Virus record (IMG/VR): IMGVR_UViG_3300027509_000006
Coordinates: 1-41,199 of that record
Source: a virus
Reading direction: 5' to 3' (one strand)
Length of the DNA: 41,199 nt
Shown: one piece after another, positions 27,112 to 34,310 of the stretch
Position numbering within the stretch: position 1 is the stretch's first letter
Layout: every line of letters starts with the position of its first letter
The notes under the pieces: model-generated
What the model was told of the DNA's origin: nothing
Databases searched by the model: none
Seen by the model: only the letters and a program-made list of their open reading frames with translations
Position numbers and translations under genes: made by a program

Positions 27112-28143
27112 ATGACTCTACTATTCACCTCTACCGTCACAGAAACCAGAGAAACTAAGATCCAGGATACCAACTTCCTGGAGCACTATCCCAGCGTCAA
27201 TGGAAATATGAACTGGCTCAAGTTCAAGCCCTACATCAGACAAGCCAGTGATGACGTGATGGAATACATCTCAGCAGAATTCTATGATGTGCTCACAGCT
27301 GACACCAGTGAGACTGATGATGCAGGTATCACATCCCTGAAAGAGCGGATAAGATCCACGCTGCAAGATGCCATCGCCTATCTGTCCGTCTACAAGGCCA
27401 TGCCCTTTCTCAATATCGTCATAGCCGACATGGGAGTCCAGCAAGGCAGCAGCGAGAATGGCACCTCACAACCGACTAACCAGTGGAGGTACAAGAATAC
27501 CAGATGGTCTGCACTCATCCAGTACTATAATAAGCTGGACCAGCTGCTGGCACTGATGGAAGAAAACATCTCTGAGACCCTGCTGGATAAATTCAAAACC
27601 AGCAAAGCCTACACCGTTCACAATACCTTATTTTTCAAGCATACCGAGGTGCTGTCTCAGTACCTGGACATAGCCAATTCCAGAAGGACTTTCATCTCCA
27701 TGCTGCCACATCTCCGGAAAGCTCAGCGAGATCTCAGAGTCCTCCTCTGTCACCAGGCCTATGATGAACTACTGACCAAGCTCGACCAGGACGACAACTC
27801 AGATGAGTATGATCAGCTGATAGAACTCTCCAGGCATTATCTGGCGAATAGAGCGCTCTATCTAGGCATCCCACACCTCAGAGTTCTACTGGAAGGCAAT
27901 GGCATCCAGGTCGTCACACAGACCGACACCATGGACATCAAGAACCCAGCTAACGAGCAGATGGTCAAGGATCTCTTATTCAGAGCTGAGCAGGATGCAG
28001 CCTCTTATAAGTCTGATATCATCGGATTTCTCAGAGGTAACCTGGAGGTCTTTCTTGCTTATAAGGAGCATGGCTATGTGGAGGGTGAGAGCAGGACGGT
28101 GTTTGCGTCAGGTGATAAGGTGGGTGGAATATTATTATCTTAA
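27112..28143 (+). CDS. Hypothetical late protein (last gene of the + strand block)
   Basis: 343-aa ATG ORF with GC content like the phage core. No motif recognised. Confidence 0.6.
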   Translation: MTLLFTSTVTETRETKIQDTNFLEHYPSVNGNMNWLKFKPYIRQASDDVMEYISAEFYDVLTADTSETDDAGITSLKERIRSTLQDAIAYLSVYKAMPFLNIVIADMGVQQGSSENGTSQPTNQWRYKNTRWSALIQYYNKLDQLLALMEENISETLLDKFKTSKAYTVHNTLFFKHTEVLSQYLDIANSRRTFISMLPHLRKAQRDLRVLLCHQAYDELLTKLDQDDNSDEYDQLIELSRHYLANRALYLGIPHLRVLLEGNGIQVVTQTDTMDIKNPANEQMVKDLLFRAEQDAASYKSDIIGFLRGNLEVFLAYKEHGYVEGESRTVFASGDKVGGILLS

Positions 28144-28601
28144 TATCTACTTAATCTTTTAACAAAACTTTTCTTAGTAAGTGAATCTTTTCTTTTCTTT
28201 CTCTGGTGTTCTGGAGAAACAGATTCTAGCAGCTTCATTCTTTTGGTTTTTCTTACGTATAAACTTCTTTTTAGATATGCATCTGGTATGAATACCTCAA
28301 TTTTGTCGCTTTGTCTCTGTTTAATTTTCTTAAGTTCTTCCTTGATTAATTGTAGGCTCCTATCGTTTGTCAGCATTTCATTTAGATGCAAGGTTCGAAA
28401 GTGGTTTAATAGGTCTTCAAGATTTTCGAAGTATGCATTTATCATAACAATCGGTGAATCTTCAAAACTAACATGGTCTTCTATTGTTTCTATAAATGAC
28501 TCCTTGAACGGTGCATTTACAAGGTATGTTTTTTTATCTGGGTCCGAAAAAATTCCTTGAGAAACCTGTGGAATAAAACCAATTACCTTAAATAATTTCA
28601 T
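28140..28601 (-). CDS. Orphan protein with a strongly basic C-terminal tail
   Basis: 153 aa. Its start overlaps the upstream gene stop by 4 nt. The C-terminus is EHQRKKRKDSLTKKSFVKRLSRY. No family recognised. Confidence 0.6.
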   Translation of the reverse strand: MKLFKVIGFIPQVSQGIFSDPDKKTYLVNAPFKESFIETIEDHVSFEDSPIVMINAYFENLEDLLNHFRTLHLNEMLTNDRSLQLIKEELKKIKQRQSDKIEVFIPDAYLKRSLYVRKTKRMKLLESVSPEHQRKKRKDSLTKKSFVKRLSRY

Positions 28602-29425
28602 AATGTTGTCATTTCAATATTCAAATTGGAAATACTTCTTTTTATTGATCTCCATTGAAGAAGTAACATTTGATCATATTTGTCAGATACGGACTCTTTA
28701 ACATCCATTCTTTCTAACTCCTCAAACAATTTTTTTTTAATGGAGATACGTTCAAAATCCTCAGCTAGTATGTCAGAAAATATAAGAATCTCCAACCATC
28801 CTCTAGAGCTGTTTGAAATCAAATCATCCCAAATTCCAGGGTCTGGTTTTAAATCGAATTGATGTTTTATTGTCGCTAGACATTCTACACTACCCCAACT
28901 AGAAACATCTTCACTAAATCTCAAATCATCAAAGTCTAATTCGCTGTTCAGGTATATCAATGAAAATTGTTTCAAGCAGAAAAGATCTCCCAACTCACCG
29001 AAAGAATTAGTTAAAAGAATATTCACTCGTCCGCTGCCAAAACCAGGCCAGTTTAAACCCATGCCACCAGTATGTAAGGAAGCATACTTTAACACTTTAC
29101 CATCTTCAATAAGTTCTGCAAACGCTTCAAATTTGTCAAAGTAGGGAATCGAACCAGCATTGTAACGTTCTTTAATGGCATCTTTGCTATATCCTTGCTC
29201 AAATACATTCAAGTACTTCTTTTGTAGAAGAACACTGTTCAAAGCAGCAAGGTTCAAGTTAATACAGATACTTTTTTTTGATCTTACATACGTAAGAAAC
29301 TTGTCAAAAGACTTATCGGTTTCAGCAAGTTTCTCAATCTTGGTTTTTAAGTCAACATCATTGGAAAACGCCCAGTTATTTATCTCACCTTTCTGGACAG
29401 GCTTTGACGTTTTCATTTTATGCAT
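28598..29425 (-). CDS. Orphan protein, unknown function
   Basis: 275 aa, starting 41 nt downstream of the darG stop. It has a glycine-rich segment HTGGMGLNWPGFGSGRVNILL. No family recognised. Confidence 0.6.
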   Translation of the reverse strand: MHKMKTSKPVQKGEINNWAFSNDVDLKTKIEKLAETDKSFDKFLTYVRSKKSICINLNLAALNSVLLQKKYLNVFEQGYSKDAIKERYNAGSIPYFDKFEAFAELIEDGKVLKYASLHTGGMGLNWPGFGSGRVNILLTNSFGELGDLFCLKQFSLIYLNSELDFDDLRFSEDVSSWGSVECLATIKHQFDLKPDPGIWDDLISNSSRGWLEILIFSDILAEDFERISIKKKLFEELERMDVKESVSDKYDQMLLLQWRSIKRSISNLNIEMTTL

Positions 29426-29466
29426 AATTGATTCGTTTGGGAGTGGAAAAGGCGCAGAGTTAATAA

Positions 29467-30507
29467 TTATTTTAAAACTCTTTGTTTCTTTAAAGTTGGT
29501 GCGAGGCCTCCTAGTGACATCGTTATTAAACCAAGCTCAGTCATAGCCCTAATCGCCTGGTCAACATCTGATTTTTCAAAGGAGTTCTTCTTATGTTCTG
29601 ACCAATTTTGAAGGAGAATAAATAAGTCTTTGTCAGTACAGGGATAATTTTGCTCTAATAAAGTTAGGAGTGACGAAAGTAATTCCAGATTTTTATCCTC
29701 GGTAATCCTGTTGATTAAATTGGTTGACTGAATGATGGATGCATCAAATTTTTGAAGCTTATTCAAAACAGATTTACTAATGTTTGTGTTCAGAGCTAAA
29801 TCAAGTGCCTTCTCTGTACCAACGTTATAATAAGTCTGGTATTCTATAATTTGGCGACTAAGGATACTAATCGCATTTGAATAAGGACCGAAATGATAGT
29901 TTTGAAATTTGAAATAATTTTCTTTTGAAAAGTAGTTGAGAAAGAATCCCGATTTTTGAAGACGGACTTTGTTGAATTTAGATAACTTGGATTTAATTAT
30001 CATAAGAATTAAATGACTAGCATTCAATTTAGGCACTCTAGTAACTTGGTTTTTATTAACAACTGAGGAGGGTTCGAAAATTATTATATCAAGTTCATCA
30101 GCAAATTTCAAAACATAACTTACTATAATATCTTTAACGATATTCCATTCTAAACCTCCATTGCCACAACCAAGAGGAGGGATTGCTATAGAATTGATAT
30201 TTAGCTTAGGTAATTCTTCGACCAGAGCATTCATACCTGAATCAATGTATTCATATTTTGACTTTTCTCGCCATTTGTTTTTAGTTGGAACATTAATCAA
30301 AACCTTATCATTTTCTCTTGAAACTAGGACCTTGCCAATTCCAAAAGATCCATTCTTGCATGCTAAAACGTAGCTGTCGTTATTACTAGGAAATCTAGTT
30401 TTAAATTGATAGGCAATTCCCTTTCCCATGAATCCTTCGCAATTCACTGTATTTACCAAGGCGTCAGTCCCAGCCTCAAACATATTTCCAGTTGTTAGCT
30501 TTATCAT
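29467..30507 (-). CDS. darG: DarG-like macrodomain antitoxin (ADP-ribosylglycohydrolase)
   Basis: The N-terminal macrodomain motifs are GNMFEAGTDALVNTVNCEGFMGKGIAYQFKTRFP and IAIPPLGCGNGGLEW. An extra C-terminal domain of about 190 aa is present. The start overlaps the darT stop (ATGA). Confidence 0.8.
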   Translation of the reverse strand: MIKLTTGNMFEAGTDALVNTVNCEGFMGKGIAYQFKTRFPSNNDSYVLACKNGSFGIGKVLVSRENDKVLINVPTKNKWREKSKYEYIDSGMNALVEELPKLNINSIAIPPLGCGNGGLEWNIVKDIIVSYVLKFADELDIIIFEPSSVVNKNQVTRVPKLNASHLILMIIKSKLSKFNKVRLQKSGFFLNYFSKENYFKFQNYHFGPYSNAISILSRQIIEYQTYYNVGTEKALDLALNTNISKSVLNKLQKFDASIIQSTNLINRITEDKNLELLSSLLTLLEQNYPCTDKDLFILLQNWSEHKKNSFEKSDVDQAIRAMTELGLITMSLGGLAPTLKKQRVLK

Positions 30508-31082
30508 TTCTTGAACATAGCTGAATTACAATTAACATAAATTCCTGTTTTTCCTAGCTTAGTAAGCAAATCATCTATCCTTTGCTTATCAGTTCCATTC
30601 TTGCAGTAAATTGCATAAATATCGGTAGAAAACACCGTATTTTCACTCAAACATTCTGCCATACAGCAATTTTTACAGTCTTGATCGCAGTAATCTCTGA
30701 CTCCCATTAAATCCCAATCAATTAGTTCAATGCCCGTTTGAAAAGGATGTAATATGGGTGGGTTCAAAGATAATGGATGTTGCGTAAGAATTTTAAAGTT
30801 ATTTCGTTTTGCAAGTGTCCTTAGAATCGTTAAAAATACAAAAGTGAGACCTTTACAATCTTGCTGGACTTGTCCAGCAAATGGGGTTCCAGCAAAAAAA
30901 TGAAAAGGTACATATCCGTTTAAATTATGTTTCTTTCTGTGAGCGATTATTTTGTCATCTGCAACATCATGAAAGGCAGCGAGATTTCCTCTAGCACTTA
31001 GTCCTTCCTTCAGAATCTGCTCTAGATTATCAAATGCTGTTAAATGAAAAAGTAGCTTTAATTGTTTAGGATGTTTTCCCAT
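30504..31082 (-). CDS. darT: DarT-like DUF4433 DNA ADP-ribosyltransferase toxin
   Basis: 192 aa from ATG 31082. The motifs are LLFHLTAFDNLEQILKEGL, GYVPFHFF, LIDWDLM and CMAECLS (the family AEfLv glutamate motif). The track extension to 31238 overlaps the upstream gene and is rejected. Confidence 0.75.
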   Translation of the reverse strand: MGKHPKQLKLLFHLTAFDNLEQILKEGLSARGNLAAFHDVADDKIIAHRKKHNLNGYVPFHFFAGTPFAGQVQQDCKGLTFVFLTILRTLAKRNNFKILTQHPLSLNPPILHPFQTGIELIDWDLMGVRDYCDQDCKNCCMAECLSENTVFSTDIYAIYCKNGTDKQRIDDLLTKLGKTGIYVNCNSAMFKK

Positions 31083-31104
31083 CGTTATATTTTCAATGTT
31101 GTCC

Positions 31105-32484
31105 CTAATAACTCCCCACCCCCACCATATCCAGCAGCCGCTCATATTGCACGACTTCCACACTATTACGACCCAGTACCGCCTTGTCAGTCGGGAGTTT
31201 TCCACTCTCCAGGGAGCGGATATCCAACTTGTCACCAAGCTGACTGATGAAAGCGATACTGCGATCGTGTATGGGAGATCTAAGATATAATCGTGAGTAA
31301 TTCTTAAGATGTGCCAGTGCCACCTCAGCCTTTTTCAATTCTCCTTGCTGCTGATGATAGATCACCTTGCCTATGAGGAATGGTAGTGTGACATGAATGT
31401 TCTCTCGTGGTACTTTATTCAGATTGTAGTGTAATTTCTTGAGGCTGATTTTCTCACCCAGGCTGATGGCCATGTAGAGCGCATAGACTTGCATCCTGGT
31501 CTTATACGCTGGCTGGCCAGTCTTGTGCACATTCTTCTCTATCCATCGGAACAGCGGCAGTGCCTTGAGGTAATCACCTTGGTGGAGATAGATCTGGAAG
31601 AGCAGCTCGTTGTATCTGTAGACGTGCGACCCCTTAGTCTTCTGTTCTGAGAGAGCTGACAGTATGACCAGCTCGGCCTGAGCCAGATCACGGGCAGCTA
31701 TGTGGACGTCCAGAATATGGAAGGTGAAAATGTTGATTACCATGGAGTGCTGGTATGGAAGAGCTCTGAAATGTTCTATGGCACGATGACAAGTCTCTAT
31801 CTGTGATGGTTTATCGCCATCTATGTAGGCAAGGAAAAAACTGAACTCAAAGTGAATGAGCTGTAATCTTATACTATGCTCCAGATGCGGTTTCATATCG
31901 TGGATTACCCTTTGCATCTGTGTCCTGGATTCCTGAAAAGCTTGTGTGCCATACCTGGAACGGACTACAGCATAATCCCAGTCAAACTCAATTTCCTTAC
32001 GATACAGTTCCAGATGATTCAGAGCCATCTTGTGGAAGGACTCAGCCAGATGGCTCTCTTTTTTCAGGGCATACCTGTTGGAGATTTTTCTGCAAAGCTC
32101 CGCAGAGATATTGTGCATCTGGTAAGTGGTGCTGCGTCTCAGTAATCTTCTGGCTGCGGCTATGATAGCGGACGAAAACCCAAAAATAGACATCAGTGCG
32201 ATGGCTTGAAATTCACGGTGAATACTGGTTTTTTGCCTCTGGAGTGAGTTTCCTCCATCTATATGCGTGAGGGAAACGATAAGTTTGTCATAGAGATGCG
32301 ACTTGGTCTTGACAAAGGATCTTACACTAGGTGAGCTACCATACATCTGCTTAGACATCGCTTCATAAGATTGTCCTGAGGTCAGACCATCGGCTAGCTC
32401 TAGTTCTTTAGGTGTGAGATTATCAGTTCCTTTTTCTCCAAGGTACTTTGAGCAAATCTCAAGTAATTCTCTTACTGGTAGCAT
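31105..32484 (-). CDS. Regulator with an N-terminal LuxR/GerE-type HTH and a long TPR-like alpha-helical repeat domain
   Basis: 459 aa. Residues about 23-68, LTPKELELADGLTSGQSYEAMSKQMYGSSPSVRSFVKTKSHLYDKL, align to the GerE-type HTH consensus. A hydrophobic helix FQAIALMSIFGFSSAIIAAA follows. The remaining 330 aa or so are helical-repeat-like (for example YNELLFQIYLHQGDYLKALPLF). GC content matches the phage core. Confidence 0.6.
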   Translation of the reverse strand: MLPVRELLEICSKYLGEKGTDNLTPKELELADGLTSGQSYEAMSKQMYGSSPSVRSFVKTKSHLYDKLIVSLTHIDGGNSLQRQKTSIHREFQAIALMSIFGFSSAIIAAARRLLRRSTTYQMHNISAELCRKISNRYALKKESHLAESFHKMALNHLELYRKEIEFDWDYAVVRSRYGTQAFQESRTQMQRVIHDMKPHLEHSIRLQLIHFEFSFFLAYIDGDKPSQIETCHRAIEHFRALPYQHSMVINIFTFHILDVHIAARDLAQAELVILSALSEQKTKGSHVYRYNELLFQIYLHQGDYLKALPLFRWIEKNVHKTGQPAYKTRMQVYALYMAISLGEKISLKKLHYNLNKVPRENIHVTLPFLIGKVIYHQQQGELKKAEVALAHLKNYSRLYLRSPIHDRSIAFISQLGDKLDIRSLESGKLPTDKAVLGRNSVEVVQYERLLDMVGVGSY

Positions 32485-32600
32485 AAGGATGCCTTTTTCT
32501 TTGTTTATAATCTAGTTCTTTATAAGCACGTTTTTTAGTTGTAATTAAATAGCTGTTTTGCGAAATTGAGTCATTAATGATTTTTAAAACTTATACAACC

Positions 32601-32663
32601 ATGGACATCTTGATAGAAATTCTGATCGCACTAGGTATCATCGAGGATACTGATGGCATCTAA
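32601..32663 (+). CDS. Candidate 20-aa micro-ORF (MDILIEILIALGIIEDTDGI), possibly just part of a small RNA
   Basis: Runs from ATG 32601 to TAA 32661..32663 on the + strand, between two - strand genes. A hairpin with a T-run begins 8 nt after the stop. Confidence 0.2.
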   Translation: MDILIEILIALGIIEDTDGI

Positions 32664-32670
32664 GAAACAA

Positions 32671-32708
32671 GCAGAGGTCCCAGTCACGAAGACCTCTGCC
32701 TTTTTATT
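32671..32708 (+). terminator. Rho-independent terminator, potentially bidirectional
   Basis: GCAGAGGTC (32671..32679) pairs with GACCTCTGC (32691..32699) across an 11-nt loop, followed by CTTTTTATTT. Read on the - strand it follows the cI-like stop but has a weaker T tract (TTGTTTCTT). Confidence 0.7.
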
Positions 32709-32709
32709 T

Positions 32710-33051
32710 CTATTCTACTTTGTCTCTTAACTCTTTCATGGCCTCTGTCATTTTATTTTGATCCTTCAAGAGTCTGATAAGTTCCATATTCATCTCTCTC
32801 AGGTACTTGATCTCTTCATCTTTCTCGGATTTGTAATCTTCAAAAGCCAATACGCCTCCCTCTTCAGGCAACTTATCGACTATGTAATTTTTAGCGTCTG
32901 GGTATTTTTCAAGTATTCTTTCTGTAATGCTGTTAGATAGTTCTTTCCCTGATTCATATCTAGATATTCTAGATGCGCCAACTCCAATAGCAATTGCTAT
33001 GTCCCCTTGACTCTTTTTTATTGACTTCCTAAACTGCTTTAAATCAATCAC
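32710..33051 (-). CDS. cI-like XRE-family repressor (HTH plus coiled coil, no S24 peptidase domain)
   Basis: 113 aa. The HTH is SQGDIAIAIGVGASRISRYESGKE. The C-terminal part EEIKYLREMNMELIRLLKDQNKMTEAMKELRDKVE is coiled-coil-like. It is divergent from the Cro-like gene. Confidence 0.65.
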   Translation of the reverse strand: MIDLKQFRKSIKKSQGDIAIAIGVGASRISRYESGKELSNSITERILEKYPDAKNYIVDKLPEEGGVLAFEDYKSEKDEEIKYLREMNMELIRLLKDQNKMTEAMKELRDKVE

Positions 33052-33152
33052 TTATGAATATGTTATATTTTTAATGCACATATATCGCGCATATATGAAC
33101 AAGTTGTCATATGTTTGTTTTACAATTTGTTACAAAATATAAATTATTAGCG
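33052..33152. promoter_or_regulatory. Divergent promoter/operator region of the lysis-lysogeny switch
   Basis: This is a 101-bp AT-rich gap between divergent HTH genes. TATGTTTG at 33110..33117 matches the TAnnTTTG -7 consensus for rightward transcription. A CATATAT-CGCG-CATATAT direct repeat lies near 33079..33098. Confidence 0.5.
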
Positions 33153-33416
33153 ATGGCAATGAACGATGTGGACAAAAAAGCAAGAGAGCTGATGAGGCGC
33201 ATGATGCCTCATCTCAAAGCCTCAGAACTAGCCCATAATCTGGGCATCCATCAGAACTCTCTGAATAATCTCATAGATGGTATACACAAGCCTCGTGATC
33301 CTGAGCTCCTGAGCAGAGCTTATAATCTGATGCGAGAGCGTTTTCTGCCTGTGCAGGTGGAGGTGCAAGGGATACAATTGCCAGATTTATTCACTACAGA
33401 AATGGAGGAGGTATGA
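33153..33416 (+). CDS. Cro-like HTH protein
   Basis: 87 aa from ATG 33153. The track start at 33111 would lie inside the -7 box. The HTH is ASELAHNLGIHQNSLNNLIDG. Confidence 0.55.
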   Translation: MAMNDVDKKARELMRRMMPHLKASELAHNLGIHQNSLNNLIDGIHKPRDPELLSRAYNLMRERFLPVQVEVQGIQLPDLFTTEMEEV

Positions 33417-33745
33417 GAAAGGAGATCAATGCCAATTTAATCATCACAGACATCACTGATGGCACAGTGACGATGGATGCTGATTACACATTCATAAATG
33501 ATTTTTACGTGGACTTTTCTTTCTTTAATCATATCTATGAGTCTCACATGTATATTATCAATGGCGATTTATCGCTCACAAATCTTTCAGGAAATGGAGA
33601 CTTAATTGCATCAGCTGAAGATATGATCGAGAATGAATCAGTGAAGATCATCCTTGCGATAAGGAAACACTGCGAAAATGTCTATGATAACTTCACTTTT
33701 CTTGAAACTGAAATACCCTCCAGATACAACCACCCGCTGACCTGA
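33413..33745 (+). CDS. Hypothetical early protein
   Basis: 110-aa ORF with a 4-nt overlap with the upstream gene. Confidence 0.5.
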   Translation: MRKEINANLIITDITDGTVTMDADYTFINDFYVDFSFFNHIYESHMYIINGDLSLTNLSGNGDLIASAEDMIENESVKIILAIRKHCENVYDNFTFLETEIPSRYNHPLT

Positions 33746-33785
33746 GCCACAAATAATTTTTTCACATACTAAAATTACAATTGAC

Positions 33786-34310
33786 ATGATCCGATGGATG
33801 AATGAACAGACTTCCCTTGCCCATGCCACAGCAGCTGCTCTGGTGAGAATGATCTCAGAAGGCAAGACCACAGCCAAGGCCGTGGGCAAGAGCATAGGAC
33901 AATCAGAAGAAAAGATCAGTCATATACTGACTGATGATCAGGAGGCACTTTCTCCAGCCTATCTGGTTCAGCTATTCAGGGACTTTGATCTGTCTCCGGT
34001 ATTCCTACTCACTCAGCAAGGTGAGCCTTCTGTGACTTCAGAAAGAGATGACGACGATGAACAGAACGACCAGCACCATCACACGAGCAGAGTCCTCAAG
34101 GCACTTAATTATGTCATAAGCCAAAACGGCATCAGCTCGTTGCCTGAGTACTACAGACTATTGAGCATCAGCTCCATACAGGAATATGTGCGACTCTGCC
34201 AGGGTCGAGAGACCTTGCCTCAGAAAAGCATACTGGACCTCGCTCAGGTGTACAAGATCAATCCTGTCTACATCTACAATCCCATACCACATACTCCTAT
34301 GTTCCTATGA
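33786..34310 (+). CDS. Early protein with two XRE-like HTH-type segments and an acidic/His-rich linker
   Basis: 174 aa. The segments are SPAYLVQLFRDFDLSPVFLLTQQG and SILDLAQVYKINPVYIYN, which resemble HTH C-terminal helices. The linker is SERDDDDEQNDQHHH. Confidence 0.4.
   Translation: MIRWMNEQTSLAHATAAALVRMISEGKTTAKAVGKSIGQSEEKISHILTDDQEALSPAYLVQLFRDFDLSPVFLLTQQGEPSVTSERDDDDEQNDQHHHTSRVLKALNYVISQNGISSLPEYYRLLSISSIQEYVRLCQGRETLPQKSILDLAQVYKINPVYIYNPIPHTPMFL

Larger units (their letters stand above)
28140..31100 (-). other. AT-rich accessory island (moron) carrying darT, darG and two orphan genes
   Basis: Hand counts on sampled 60-nt lines give roughly 20-43% GC inside the island, against roughly 50-60% in the flanking genes (27901.. 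and 31501..). Confidence 0.7.

Noticed and set aside
31083-31238. N-terminal extension of the DarT ORF to 31238 (244-aa version)
   Set aside because: The extension overlaps the 3' end of the HTH-TPR gene by 134 nt and encodes a Trp-rich nonsense-like peptide. ATG 31082 starts 22 nt after the upstream stop, and the family-like sequence begins immediately after it.
33111-33152. ATG 33111 as the start of the Cro-like gene
   Set aside because: ATG 33111 falls inside the TATGTTTG -7 box of the likely rightward promoter, and the added residues (MFVLQFVTKYKLLA) look non-native. ATG 33153 is preferred, although ATG 33159 is equally possible.
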